In this document: positions 1-12,836 of the stretch, piece after piece | Position numbering within the stretch: the stretch's first letter is position 1 | Layout: each line of letters opens with the position of its first letter | Assembly (NCBI RefSeq): GCF_006345805.1 | Contig: NC_043011.1 | Location: 33,368,464-33,432,463, forward strand | Length of the DNA stretch: 64,000 nt | Origin: Octopus sinensis | Lineage: Eukaryota | Direction: 5' to 3' | The notes under the pieces: model-generated | Told to the model about the DNA's origin: nothing | The model's input: the letters and a program-made list of their open reading frames with translations, nothing else | Database searches by the model: none | Made by a program: the position numbers and the translations under genes

Positions 1-266
1 TTGTTGAACCGCTAAGTTACTGGGATGTAAACACACCAGCATCGGTTGTCAAGCAATGTTGGGGGGACAAACACAGACACACAAACATATACATAAACAT
101 ATATATAAATACGACAGGCTTCTTTCAGTCTCCGCCTACCAAATCCACTCACAAGGCTTTGGTTGGTCCGAGGCTATAGTAGAAGACACTTGCTCAAGGT
201 GCCACACAGTGGGACTGAACCCAGAACCATGAGGCTGGTAATCAAGCTACTTACCACACAGCCACA
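1..266 (-). mobile_element. tRNA-derived SINE family A (partial, window edge)
   Basis: Minus strand reads GTGGCTGTGTGGTAAGTAGCTTG (A box)...GGTTCAGTCCC (B box)...CCTTGAGCAAGTGTCTTCTACTATAGCCTCGG; matches full copies at 21565 and 24378. Confidence 0.85.
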
Positions 267-744
267 TAAAAATATTATTGATATTAAGTCAGATCAAATC
301 ATATATACATGTCAGAGCACATGGTTTAGTGGTTAGGGCGTTGCATTTACAATCTAGCAATCATGACTTCAATTTCTAAGCCAGGTGGTGCATTGTGTTC
401 TTGAGCAAAACACTTCATCTCATGTTGCTCTACAATCACTTGAACACCTGGTACACAGTGCACCTATTCAGACAATGTCAATTTGGTGGAGCGAGTGCGC
501 TAATATATGGCACATGCATTTAATCACTATAAACAAACCATTTGGGTGGGTCATTCAGCAAAGCTGGATACTCATATATCATCTTCAATAAGAAAGTCCA
601 TCATAGATACACACACACATGATGGACTTCTTTCAGTTTCTGTCTACAAAATCTACTTGCAAGGCTTTAGTTGTCCTGGGATTAGAATAGAGGACATTTG
701 TCCAAGGTGCCACACATTAGGACTGAAGTTAAAATCATGTTATT

Positions 745-1042
745 ATTTATTTATGTGCCCTTTTCAAACCTAGCCAGGCTCATGGGCCCGGTTTCTGTGG
801 TGTATGTGTCTCCCCCAGCTGGACGCCAGTCCATCGCAGTGTTACTCAAGAAACAGGAAGAGGGAGTGGAGAAAGTTGGGGTGAAAGAGTACAACAGGGG
901 TCACCACCACCCCTGCTGGAGCCTCGTGGAACTTTAGGTGTTTTCACTCAATAAACACACACAACGCCCGGTCTGGGAATCAAAACCGCAATCCTCCGAC
1001 AGCGAGTCTGCTGCCCTAACCACTGGGCCATTGTGCCTCTAC
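745..1042 (-). mobile_element. tRNA-derived SINE family C, (TAAA)n-tail variant
   Basis: Head TGGCCCAGTGGTTAGGGCAG...GGTTTTGATTCCC; collinear with the copy at 41124-41438; head shared with 35573. Confidence 0.85.
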
Positions 1043-1564
1043 TAAAATCATGTGGTTAAGAAATAAACATTTGGAATCTGATAAATAAATGTGTCTATTA
1101 TTCCTCATGAGAATAACAAGTAAGCAGTTTTATTTATCTGACCCCAACTTGCACAAAGTGTTAGATACGAAGTACTTCTGAAAAGCTGAAACGTTTTTCT
1201 TTTGGTCTATACTCTTTGATAATTGTGTGAATGTGTTGTATGGGAGAAAGTCATGTTTTTATAGGAACCTTCCTATGTGGCTAAATAGACTTTTCAATTC
1301 ATTGTATAAACCCTTTTTGTTATTGATTTCTGTTGAAATTCACTGCCTTCATTTCAATCAATGTTTAGAATAATAAGGAATTTACTGAAAGTAACCATCA
1401 TTATTAACCTGATGTTTGGAATGTATATTAAGAAATTTTGATAGAATGTTTTAATTTGAATAATTTTAAATCACACTCACACACACTCAATCATGTATGT
1501 GTATATGTATATATATATATATATATATAGATAGATAGATAGATAGATAGAAAAATTTATATAT

Positions 1565-1844
1565 ATTAGGATAAGATCGTTATTTAAATATCGAACTTAT
1601 CAAGTGGCCAGCATGGGAATAAAAACCTTCAAAGGTAATAATTATTATTAAAATTATAATTTAGGGTATCTAAGAGATACCACCATGCTGGAAACAGCAG
1701 CCAAAACTTGACTCTAAAAGCACATTAAATGTTCATACAGCACCACTCCTGGTGCTGTATGAATATTTAATGTCGTTTTAGAGTCAAGTTTTAGCGGCTA
1801 TTTCAAGCATGGTGGTATCTCTTAGATATCCTAAATTATAATTT
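1565..1844. mobile_element. (TA)n-flanked fold-back element, probable Penelope-like remnant
   Basis: Inverted arms 1651-1744 / 1751-1844 with a 6-nt loop; (TA)n on both sides; start shares TCA(A)GTGGCCAGCAT with the element at 53920. Confidence 0.6.
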
Positions 1845-2316
1845 ATATATATATATTTGCACACACACACACACTTAGGCCACATGTGTCAAACCTGACA
1901 CTGGAGGTTGTCACAAACCTTTGGCATGCCAGATCGTGTCAAACTGTGTAACACATACCAGCATGAAAAATGGACATTAAATGAGGGTGATGATTATGTA
2001 TATATATATGTATGTGTGTATGTATTCGTGTATTTGTGTATGTGTATACATGTACGCATACATGTATTTATGTCCACATCTGTGTTTGTTTCGTTGGTTA
2101 ATAATGTATTTAATTTTATAATATGTTACACAAATAGTTAACATGAATCACTTAAAACAAAAACCTATTTGTGAGATAAATTTTAAAAACTCAAGAGGTA
2201 ATGAAGAGGACGAATCTGAAACAAAACTTCTAAGCTCTATGTATAGAAAATTTCAGAAAGTGAAATAAACTATTTTGGTGATGAAGAGAAGTCTAACATT
2301 CCGGGCCGAACCATTC

Positions 2317-2361
<45 letters not shown>

Positions 2362-3348
2362 ATTGTAGTTCTTCTGCATGTGATTTGACTTTGTAGTAAC
2401 TCTAATGGTTTGTTCCATCAATATTGATTTTTTTTTTTCTGTATAAGAAAAAAAGGTGTCTTGGAGATGTTCAGTAATCAATCTTAGCTTCCTTTATTTT
2501 ATTTTTGTCTGTTTTTTTTTCTATTTTATAGGCAAAAGTAAAACTAAAACGAATTAATCTGGGCATGTCCCAGGAAAAGGTGAGTAAACATAGCTACACT
2601 GAGTAACTTTTGTGTATGCACACATACACACAAACACACACACAAAGACACACACACACACACACACACAAACATACGCACACACACACGTGCACACACA
2701 CACGAAATGTGGCCTGTTATTGTTGTTGTTGTTGTCATTGTTGTTTAGTACCAGATTAATGTTTATCAAATCTTGAGTCAAAGACATTTCATCTGTTTCC
2801 TCTCTCGCCTCTCCCACTTTTTCTTTATTGACATAGTATGCCTAAGAATACATTATCCAATATTTCTTTTTCTTTTTTCTTTTGAGATGGTACTGTGTGA
2901 CTCGAGAGTGATTTAGCTGCTACTTCTACCTGGTCAATTATTGACTCTGCTTGTTAGCATTGTACCATTGTGAATCTATTGAAGACTTCATTCTTCATAT
3001 AATATGGTTAGGGTTTAATCAAGCCGGGCAGAGTTTATCCTACTTCAATCAATTTCATCCCCGGGAAGATTTAAGGTTAGCAGAGTAATATAGCAGGATA
3101 CATAATAATAATAATAATGGTCACCTAGTAATACATATTTATGGCTAGAATCTTCTTTGTTATATAGACATGCTGACTCCAGTCAAACCATCTAACCCAT
3201 GCCAGCATTGAAAACAGATGCTAATGACTAAGTAGATGAGATCACCATTATCATCATCATCACTGTTTTCATATCTGCTTTCCATGCCTGAATGGGTTGG
3301 ATGGGTTATTATAGTTGAGTTCATTTCTTCTTATTTGGACTTAGTGAA

Positions 3349-3668
3349 GGTGCATGGCTCAATGGTTAGAGCATCGAGCTTACGATCATGAGGTTGTGAG
3401 CTCGAATCCCGGACCGGGCTGCATGTTGTGTTCTTGAGCAAGACACTTTATTTCACGTTGCTCCAGTTCACTCAGCTGTAGAAATGAGTTGCGACATTAC
3501 AGGTGCCAAGATGTATCGGCCCTTACCTTTCCCTTGGAAAATATCAATGGCATGGAGAAGGGAGGCTGGTATGCATGGGTGACTGCTGGTCTTCCATAAA
3601 CAACCTTGCCCGGTGCAATCCCATGGTGCAATCCCATGGTCTGTGTCGTGACCGAAGGGGGTCTCAGA
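3349..3668 (+). mobile_element. tRNA-derived SINE family B (full length)
   Basis: TGGCTCAATGGTTAGAGC...GCTCGAATCCC head followed by TTGAGCAAGACACTTTATTTCACGTTGCTCCAG core; inverse copy at 36926-37263; fragments near 313, 16100, 34895, 39397, 50415 and 52690. Confidence 0.85.
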
Positions 3669-4089
3669 ACTTAGTGCCATCTTAGTTGAGTCAGAGGACC
3701 ATGTTTTACTCATACATTCTATTTTTTAGCATGGTTTCTATTACTTGATGCTCTTCTTAACAGCAACTATTGTACAGAGTATAATTACTTATTTAAGCCT
3801 TTTGTTCTCTATAGAGCATAGGCTTTTGATAACTTTTCTCTAATATTCTTGCCTCTGAGATGCCTTTTCTGCTTCTCTTCTCTTGAATGCCTGCATTTTC
3901 AGCTCTGCCTTTCAGATTTTGCTGCATATTTTTGCCTGAGAGAAGGCCTTCCTCTCTTGGGTCTTGTTGGTTTTGAACTGACATCAATGCTTCTATAACC
4001 CTGTTTTTTTCAAGGTCGACTGTAAGCTCTACACAAACCTGTTTTTACCTCTGGGAACAGATGGTTCATATTAGTCTAGTCTCTATCCT

Positions 4090-4180
4090 TTGACCTGTCC
4101 AGCATATGAGGCCCTTACCAGGACCTTACATTTTGCTTCCATAGCTCTCAGGGTCATTGACACACACAAGCTACCACACT
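4090..4180 (-). mobile_element. RTE-type LINE 5' UTR remnant
   Basis: TTGACCTGTCCAGCAT...ACCAGG...CATAGCTCTCAGGGTCATTGA resembles the reverse complement of RTE-clade 5' UTRs; second copy at 49420-49522. Confidence 0.45.
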
Positions 4181-4705
4181 ACATGAAGAACTGAACCTTG
4201 TAGTGAATCATACAGGACATACTGAGTATATTATTATAGCACCAGCACTAGAGAGGTTGTCATGTTCTCAGCCAAACCAAAGTGTCCTCTCATCCTTACA
4301 TAGTCTCAAATCATTTGCCTTCTGCTTTACTGAGTGTACAGGGTTTCCCCAAAAGGATAAAGAGTCCCCTCGAATCTACAATGAATCAGGTTATTCAGAG
4401 CAGTATAACAGAGAATATGAATAGTTAGCCTTAAACCACCACATTTACAGGCTTGTGCGACAGCACTTACTGGTTGTAGTGCAAGGGAAAGGGTTATTAC
4501 TGAGTATTCCATTAACTTGCATTGCTGGGCAAAAGGAAATCCTAATCACTTGAGTATTTCCTACTTGAGAAAGTCCTGATAGTGCTCCACTGACTGGATT
4601 AATACAATCATAACGTTAATCAACATGTTGAATCATCATGATGTTACGTAGAAGGTGCTAGAGTTTAGGTTATCTTTCTTCCTTCCAGAATATCTATAAT
4701 ATATA

Positions 4706-4937
4706 AGGTGGCGAGCTGGCAGAAACGTAAGCAGGCCAGGCAAAATGCTTAGCGGTATTTCATCTGTCTTTATGTTCTGTGTTCAAATTCCACTGAGGTT
4801 GACTTTGCCTTTCATCCTTTTGGGGTCGATAAATTAAGTACCAGTTGCATACTGGGGTCAATCTAATTGACTTAATCCATTTGTCTGTCCTTGATTGTCC
4901 CCTCTGTGTGTAGTCCCTTGTGGGCAGTAAAGAAATA
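4706..4937 (+). mobile_element. SINE family E with 19-bp TSD
   Basis: GGCGAGCTGGCAGAA head, GTTCAAATTCC B box, core GCCTTTCATCCTTT(C/T)GGGGTCGATAAATTAAGTACCAG (resembles Meta/Sauria-type SINE cores); TSD AGAATATCTATAATATATA at 4687-4705 and 4938-4956. Confidence 0.9.
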
Positions 4938-5143
4938 AGAATATCTATAATATATATTACCATTCAAATACTGAGATTCATTTAATTGACTATCTCTTTC
5001 TCAAAATATGTGGCCACGTGCGTATGTTATATATTTTTATTATCTGAGCCATACTTAGGGCAGCAAGCCTGCGGAATCATTAGAACTTCCAAGAAAATGC
5101 TAAGTGGCATTTCTCTCAATTTTATGTTCTGTGTTCAAATTCT

Positions 5144-5376
5144 TATTTCTTTATTGCCCACAAGGAGCTAAACATAGAGGGGACAAACAAAGACAGACAT
5201 AGGTATTAAGCCGATTACATCGATCCCAGTGTGTAACTGGTACTTAATTTATCGACTCTGAAAAGATGAAAGGTAAAGTCGACCTCAGTGGAATTTGAAC
5301 TCAGAACGTAACAACAGACAAAATATCACTAAACATTTAGCCCGGTGTGCTAACGTTTCTACCAGCTCGCCACCTT
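5144..5376 (-). mobile_element. SINE family E nested in an older family E copy
   Basis: Reverse-complement full copy; duplicated flank TGTGTTCAAATTCT on both sides. Confidence 0.8.
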
Positions 5377-6719
5377 AATGTTCAAATTCTGTGTTCAAAT
5401 TCTGCTAAGCTTTACTTTGCCTTTCATCCTTTTGTGCGTAGTAAAATACGAAGTGGTCAAGCACTGGAATTAATGTAATCAATTAGGACCCTTCCCCTAA
5501 ATTTGAGGCCCCATGTCGATGGTAGAAAGCATTATCAGAACCATGGTTCAAACCCTACTGCGATTGACTCTCCCAGCCTGTCCAGATGATGATGATGTAA
5601 ATTTTATGTCAATGTTATCATAAAGCATTGTTATATGACTCAGGGTTGTTATTTGTGAATTGGTGTAATGATCCCAAAAGTAATTCAATATATAATAAAC
5701 TATTAAAAAAAAATTTTTTTTCTTTTTCATAAATATAGCAATGTTTTTGCTTATGTAATTGTGAATTACTGATTCATGAACATTCATTGTTTGTTAGTTT
5801 ATATATATCCAGCTATATAGTAACCTGTCTGTATTTTCCATTCACTGAAGTAGTCGCTTTTTGTCATGCTATTTGTGATGTTTTATCTTTCGATTGTTCT
5901 TACTTTCTTTCTTTTTATGTCACATCATGGGTGTACTCCATATGTACTGAGATTCTACTTTACGCCTTTTATTTCTTTATTTTCACTCAGCGCAGTTTTA
6001 TGTGTTTTGTTCTTTTCTATATACTAACAAAGTACTAGGTCTGTGATTGTATTTCTTTCTTTGCTTTTTATTTTGTCATTTTATTCATGATAAATTCGCT
6101 TGTCATGATTCATTATATTCAACTTTTAACTGAAAGTTTTTTTTAATGTAATTCTTTTTCTAAACAGAAAGTTTGTGCAATGATTTTTGTTTCTCTCCCC
6201 AAGTAAACTTTTAGAGTGATCATCAATGTGACTGTTATTGCTTGTATTGGTCACCTCTGATTAATCCAAGCCCAATCTCAAAGCATTTCTTCATATGACC
6301 ATTCTGTATTTTTCCCCAGGTATAGAGTACTCAGAGCTCTCATATATCCAATACATCTCTACAAAAATAACACTAATTCAAGAGAGATATTTGGTTGCTA
6401 TTTCTAGCAGGATTAGGCATCCTGATTGCATAGAAGCTCCTTCATTATTAGATTTTGGAAAATAGAAAGTTTATTCATTCTGCATCTTTTAAATTGAGAA
6501 ACATCTCTCCTATGAATTCTCAAATTTTTATTTGAAATGTGCAAAATATCTTTAACCCTTTTAATATCAATCTACTCACAAACTGTATCTGGATATATGA
6601 CACAAAACTTTGACATTTTAATATATTCATGTTCTACATTAAAATTTTCCACCATAATTTTATGTAAGTAATGTTCTGAAAAGCAGCTTATAATAATATA
6701 ATAATAATAATAATAATAA

Positions 6720-7320
6720 TGATCGTTTCTACTATAGGCACAAGGCCTGGATTTTGTGGGGAGGGGGACAGTCGATCACATCGACTCAGTACTCAGCTGG
6801 TACTTTATTTATCGACCCTGAAAGGATGAAAGGCAAAATCAACCTTGGTAGAATTTGAACCCAGAACATAGCGGCAAATGAAATACTGCTAAGCATTTCG
6901 CCTGGTGTGCTAACGATTCTGCCAATGATAATAATAAAAAGCATGGTTTCAAATTTTGGCACAAGGCCAGGAGTTTCAGGACAGGGACTAGTCAATCACA
7001 TTGACCCCAGCGTTCAACTAGTACTTATTGTGTCAACCCCGAAAGTCAATCTCAGCAGAATTTGAACTCAGAACATAATGCTGGAAAAAAATGCTTCAAA
7101 GCATTTTGTCCAGCATGCTAATGATTCTGCCAGTTCATTTTGCATTTTGGTGGGGGATAGTCGATTACATCAGCCCCAATAGTTTGATGGGTGCTTTAGT
7201 TTTATTGACCCTGAAAGGATGAATAGCAAAGTTGGCCTCAGTGGTATTTCAACTCAGACAGTAAAGGGCTTGAAGAAATGTCACTAAGCATTACTAGTCT
7301 GCTATCTTGCTGCCATAGTA
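6720..7320 (-). mobile_element. Tandem cluster of degenerate SINE E copies
   Basis: Three successive minus-strand copies of the E core; (TAA)n-like tails at about 6690-6720 and 6925-6940. Confidence 0.7.
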
Positions 7321-7534
7321 ATAATTCTTTACATTCTCAGTACAAAACCTGAAATTTTGGTAGAGTTCTTGAAACCTGAATGAAGAACGTTACCATAGTC
7401 CTCTGATTGTTGACAGCTGACATTTTGTTACATTCTCAAGCGAAGCTGCTGTGTTAAACATAATAAATTATAATAATTTCTTTTGTCACATGAGTGTCCA
7501 GTGATAGGGCATTACAAGGACAGGTGATAATTTG

Positions 7535-7767
7535 AAGGCAGCGAGCTGGCAGAATCATTAGCACGCTGGGCGAAATGCGTAGCCGTATTTCGTCTGCCGT
7601 TACGTTCTGAGTTCAAATTCCGCCGAGGTCGACTTTGCCTTTCATCCTTTCGGGGTCGTTAAATTAAGTACCAGTTACGCGCTGGGGTCGATATAATCGA
7701 CTTAATCCGTTTGTCTGTCCTTGCTTGTCTTCTCTGTGTTTAGCCCCTTGTGGGTAGTAAAGAAAGA
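7535..7767 (+). mobile_element. SINE family E, young CpG-rich copy
   Basis: Close to the family consensus; TSD AGGT(G/A)ATAATTTG on both sides. Confidence 0.9.
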
Positions 7768-8227
7768 AGGTAATAATTTGTGTGAAGGTTTACATAAAAA
7801 CTGTGCCCCAAAATATTGTCTTAGCAGCAGCAGAGGGATATGAACCCATGCTTCCAAAAAGGCTAGTGTCTTGTTACAAGGGGAAAAAAAGAAACAAGAA
7901 GGGAAAATATCTAAAAGCATGCAGTAAGAAGTCACCTTTGTATTCTGCCATCCATTGCTATAGCACTTCTCTCACACAACTCCTATTCCACAGGATTACC
8001 ATACAGTAATATAATATGACTAGCATGGCAAATAGTGGACCAGAAGAATCCAGGAAATCTAATAATGGTCTGTGTAACACAAATTGTTTGCAAAATAGTA
8101 ATAAATTATTTCTGAGATCGATCCTAATCACCATTTGACCCTCTAAGACATATAACAAATCCACAACTCATATTTTACACGGTTACCACCCAATTATATG
8201 ACACAACCTACACAACAATTCCTCTCT

Positions 8228-8380
8228 ACAATCACTGTCTGACATTAAAACATCGCATTAGTAAAATTGAAACACCACCTAACAACATAATACCACCTAC
8301 ACAGCGCATACTCTACACAATGCTTGTCTGACTCTAAAACATTACACAAATGAAATGAAAACACCACCTAACAAAATAAT
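8228..8380 (+). repeat. Diverged two-copy direct repeat, about 90-bp period
   Basis: ACAAT...TGTCTGAC...TAAAACAT...AAACACCACCTAACAA.ATAAT occurs at about 8228 and 8317. Confidence 0.6.
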
Positions 8381-8519
8381 GCTTTCAAATCTTGGCACAA
8401 GGCCAGCAATTTCAGGGTAGGGGATAAGGTCAATCACATCAACCCCAGTGACCAACAGATACTTAATTTATCAACCCTAAAAGGTAAATTTGATCTCAGT
8501 GTAATTTGAACTTGAGAAA

Positions 8520-9085
8520 GACTGAGACCTCTGGGGATAAGCTGTGACTGTGAAGACCCGACAAATAACATGAGTTCATGGCTGTTTCCTGCTCCAGCTT
8601 CACATAGCAGCCCCAGCCCATCCAAAGTACCTTGGATCGCAGGACAGCCTGTTGTGCTTACTTTGGATCGTAGGGTGACCTTCTGTGTTTGAGGAGACCT
8701 ATTGAGTCAAGTACATCAACATCAAAATAAAAATCAAATGGAAATTGTAGTTGTGATACCCGTGTGGGTGGCACATAAAAAGCACCATCCGAACATGGCG
8801 ATGCCAGCACCGCCTTGACTGGCTTCCGTGCTGGTGGCATGTAAAAAGCACCAACCAATTGTGACTGCTGCCAGCCTCCCCTGGCCCCTGTGCTGGTGGC
8901 ATGTAAAAAGCACCCACTACACTCATGGAGTTGTTGGCATTAGAAAGGGCATCCAGCTGTAGAAACACTGCCAGATCAGACTGGAACCTGGTGCAGCCTC
9001 CTGGCTTCTTAGACCCCAGTCAAACCGTCCAACCCATGCTAGCATGGAAAACGGATGTTAAGCAATGATGATAATGATGATGATG
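8520..9085 (+). mobile_element. Non-autonomous RTE-related retroposon with internal tandem repeats and (GAT)n tail
   Basis: Three GGTGGCA(C/T)(G/A)TAAAAAGCACC units, an RTE-like GGCATTAGAAAGGGCATCCAGCTGTAGAAAC motif and tail CCCATGCTAGCATGGAAAACGGATGTT...(GAT)n; inverse copy at 20744-21150. Confidence 0.7.
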
Positions 9086-10721
9086 AATGGAAAGATGAAC
9101 AAAATTCTGCTAAGCATTTAGCCCGGCATACTAACAATTGTGCCAGCTTGCCACCTTCCACTTAACAAAATAATACAATACATACAATGCAGACCCAACA
9201 CTAACCATTGTCTAATGCTTAAAGACAACAGAAATAAAAATACCACCGAATGAAATCCACACAGTACATATTTCTTGTTTTTATGCCCTTTTGGTCCTTT
9301 CTTTTCCTTGAAGTTTTCCTCATGAATTTTGTGGACCATCTTTTGAAGAAAAGTGGTGGCATGTAGCTTTTTATTATAAATGCAAAACAACACCACAGAG
9401 GAATCGGCATAAGCTTAAGTAATAAACTGCGATAAGCGAACTGTGATATGGTGAAGGATTATTGTATCTACCTTCATATGAATGTTTATTTGTGGTTTAC
9501 CTGTTGTTAGAATTAAATTTGTATTTGCTGACATGTAAGATGGCCTCTTACATAAAACATATTGCTATTTTTACAAGTGCATTTCATAGAGAAAAGGAAA
9601 AACAAACTTAGTATATTTCTACATTCGCATGTTAGTTTCAGATTTTGGTACATGGCCAGCAATTTTGGGGGAGAGACTAAATCGATTAAATGAACTTCAA
9701 GTGTTCAACTGGGACGTATTTTATTGACCCCGAGAAGATGAAAGGAAAAGTCAACCTCGGTGGAATTTGAACATAGAACATAGACAGACGAAATGCTGCT
9801 AAGCATCTTGCCTGGTGTGCTAACAATTCTGCCAGCTCACTGCCCTTTTCTTCATACACGTAGTGAGAGATATTTTGAAGAGGTCTTGTTGAGGAAAATG
9901 CATGATTCTGTGCATGTAAATATAATACTGTAACAGTATGGTGGAATAAAATATGAAGCCTTAAATTTATCATAAATAAACTACATTATGCAAGTACCGT
10001 ATTTTGATTTTATACTTCAGATAAACTGTACAATTGTTTAGGTTGAGACAACTCATACAGGATGTAAAACTCAAATTTCTGGCTTTTATTGCACTTGGCC
10101 AATGAGTGATGCCCCATCATTGTGGTTTTGCTGTCATTCATGCATTACAAAATGTAAATGGGTGAATTAAAGTTTAACTTAACTTCCTTCTTTTTCCAGA
10201 AAATTTTCCTTTAGCTAACCAAAAAATGTTTCTTAAAGGTAATACAGTCATTAAAGAGAGATATGAAGTATGGTTTTTGTCTACTGGGGGATGGAAGTAT
10301 AATGGGATGATGTGACCTCTCTACATAGTTGCTGATGTACGTAAGCAAATTTTCATATGTTTGTGCTAACAGGCTGCCATAATTTAGCTGGTTTTCAATA
10401 TCTTATTATAGTATATGGCTGTGAGCTGGTAGAAGCCTTACTGTTCCAGCCAAAGTGCATAGCAGCATTTCTTCTGACTTTACATTCTGAGTTCAGATTC
10501 CATGGCACCTTGGACAAGTATCTTCTACTATAGCCTCAGGCTGTCCAAAGCCTTGTGAGTGGATTTGATAGACGGAAACTGAAAGAAGACCATTGTGTGT
10601 GTGTGTGTATGTATATATATATAATATATATATATATACACATATAAATACACATACACACACACACGGAAAGCAGATGTTAAACGATGATGAGAATGAT
10701 ATATATATATCATCCTCATCA

Positions 10722-10767
10722 TCGTTTTCGAACCTGAGTTCTAATTCCAAAGGTATTTTTCCAATGA

Positions 10768-10799
<32 letters not shown>

Positions 10800-11050
10800 T
10801 TACTGCTTGGAATCGAACACAGAATCTTGGGGTTAGTAGCCTGTGCTCTTAACCACTACACCACATGAGTTCGATTCCAAGCAGTAACCTGAATAATAAT
10901 AATAATAACATGCGAAAAATACCTTAGGAATGAAAACCCAAGTTCAAAATTCCCTCAGGATACCTGATGAAGGCTGGAGAGTACATCAGCTGAAACATTG
11001 TGTTAACAACAAACAAGATGAGGACAAATGTCCATCAAATGTAAATAATG
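10722..11050. mobile_element. SINE family D (tRNA head + hammerhead tail), head-to-head inverted insertion
   Basis: Minus arm 10722-10867 carries the tRNA head; plus arm 10868-11050 runs from the B box to the tail; homologous to 39503-39880. Confidence 0.8.
10959..11004 (+). ncRNA. Minimal type-I hammerhead ribozyme-like motif
   Basis: GATAC-CTGATGA-A-GGCTG-(10 nt)-CAGCT-GAAAC-ATT-GTGTT: CUGANGA and GAAA boxes, stem II, and stem I GAUAC/GUGUU. Stem III has a C.A mismatch, consistent with CpG decay of palindromic ACGT. Confidence 0.65.
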
Positions 11051-12397
11051 AATATATTATTATTATTACTCGCAACTATTGTGCCTGTTGGTCTTGCGCT
11101 TATCCAGTTCCCTAGCTTACAACACTCAGTCTCTTATTCATAATAGAACTGCATTATGTGCAGGGCAACTTTTTGATACCTTTAAAAATAGGGAAAGATG
11201 AAAGCATGTGAAATTCCAATAGTCTGAAATCCCAAAGTCTGAAACACGTTTGAACTGCTGACTAATCAACCACACCAGAATATAGAAATAAGTTTACAGC
11301 CATGTAGATGTATGAAGAGCAAAAAAAAAATTTTCTTTTCCTTTTTTTTTTGTTTCTTTTCTTTCCTTTTGCTTACTTTTTCTTTTCTATTTTCCTCTTT
11401 TTTTTCTCTGTTGCTTCCTTCTTTTCTTTCTCATTTTGTTTTTGTTCTTACTAGGTGTGGTCCTGTTTTATGTGAACTAAATTTTCTGGGTGATTGATTT
11501 CTCTTGCACTTTGTCTTTTTCTTTTCTATTTTTTTCTTTGTTTGTTTCGTTTGTAAACAAGTAGTTAAACAACTGTGTATTCAAAGAAAGCAGGAGAGTG
11601 AGGTAGGGGAGGGAAGAAGAGAGAGAGAGAATGACAGAAACCAGTAGAAACCTTTCTACTGGTTACTGTCCATTATTTCTGAGTTGAGCAATCAAAACCT
11701 ATGTAGAGATATTTAAAATTTGTATTGAATTATTAAGACAAATGATCAGTTGGTGGTGGTGGCCTTGGTGGTAGTGGCAATAGTTGTGGTGGTTGTTTAG
11801 CCCCAGGTCAGTCATGATCAACCAGACCCATGATCAAAAGGAATTCTGGCTGTTGCCAAGCTGTCTTATATAGTGGAAACTGCAACTGTCTAATTTGTCT
11901 TTGAAATAAAACAAACAAAAAAATATGGTGTGTGTAATTTTAGGTCCAGTATTATTACTCTTAATCCAAAGATAGAGGTTATTGGTTCAAATGCAGATTT
12001 AGAACTATGTAATATCCAAGAATAAGACATCTGGTATTGACCAATAATCACATTACTTAAGCATATGTAATATAATATTTGATAAAATATAAACTCCAAA
12101 TATGAGTTTAATCATCAATTATTAAACACATCTTTCTTAAGAAAAAAATTTTAAATGTAAAATTACTAAAGGAAATAGAAAATGAAATCAAGAGAAAACC
12201 CTCCCCAAATTCAATAAACCAAAACCTTACCAATATAAGGAACCACCAAAACTAAATTAGTAATTACTGTAGCAAAACATACTCTACAAATCCAGTTAAT
12301 ATTACTAAAACATAATAATACCCCAACATTTCTAGTATATACATTTATATATAAACCATAATATGAACCACGACCAATATGTATATATATATATATA

Positions 12398-12554
12398 TAT
12401 AATACAAATAAGAAAATGGAGAAACAAATTCAGTTTGTTCATCAACTTACGGATATTATTATGGGTATATCTTTCTGAAAGATATACCCATAATAATATC
12501 CGTAAGTTGATGAACAAAATGAATTTGTTTCTCCATTTTCTTATTTGTATTATA
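12398..12554. repeat. Near-perfect 157-bp palindrome
   Basis: 78-bp arms, single-base centre (T12476), one mismatch; begins at a (TA)n tract; the arm start AATAAGAAAATGGAG...GTTCATCAACTT recurs at about 28470. Confidence 0.9.
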
Positions 12555-12717
12555 AATTTACAGTAAAAATATTTCTTTACCTTCACCCATTTAAAACAAT
12601 AAATGAATTAATTGCATTGCAATTAAAAACATTTGTGTATTAAGAATTTGGGTACTTTACCAACAGTATATTGGATAATTAATATCCCATAGTGGGTTAC
12701 ATCCATAACCCCTATCT

Positions 12718-12755
<38 letters not shown>

Positions 12756-12836
12756 AACAAATATGAATATATCATAATACAACCATAATTTACATCCCAC
12801 ATAGTATGAATAATTAATTAAGCACTTTTTAAAATA

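Noticed and set aside
3349-3420. Apparent tRNA genes (also near 35573 and 39645)
   Set aside because: SINE heads: no acceptor stem closure, and they continue into shared repeat bodies.
9180-9500. Unique-looking segment with a possible minus-strand splice acceptor near 9501
   Set aside because: All frames stop early and there is no recognisable protein; a non-coding exon cannot be supported from sequence alone.
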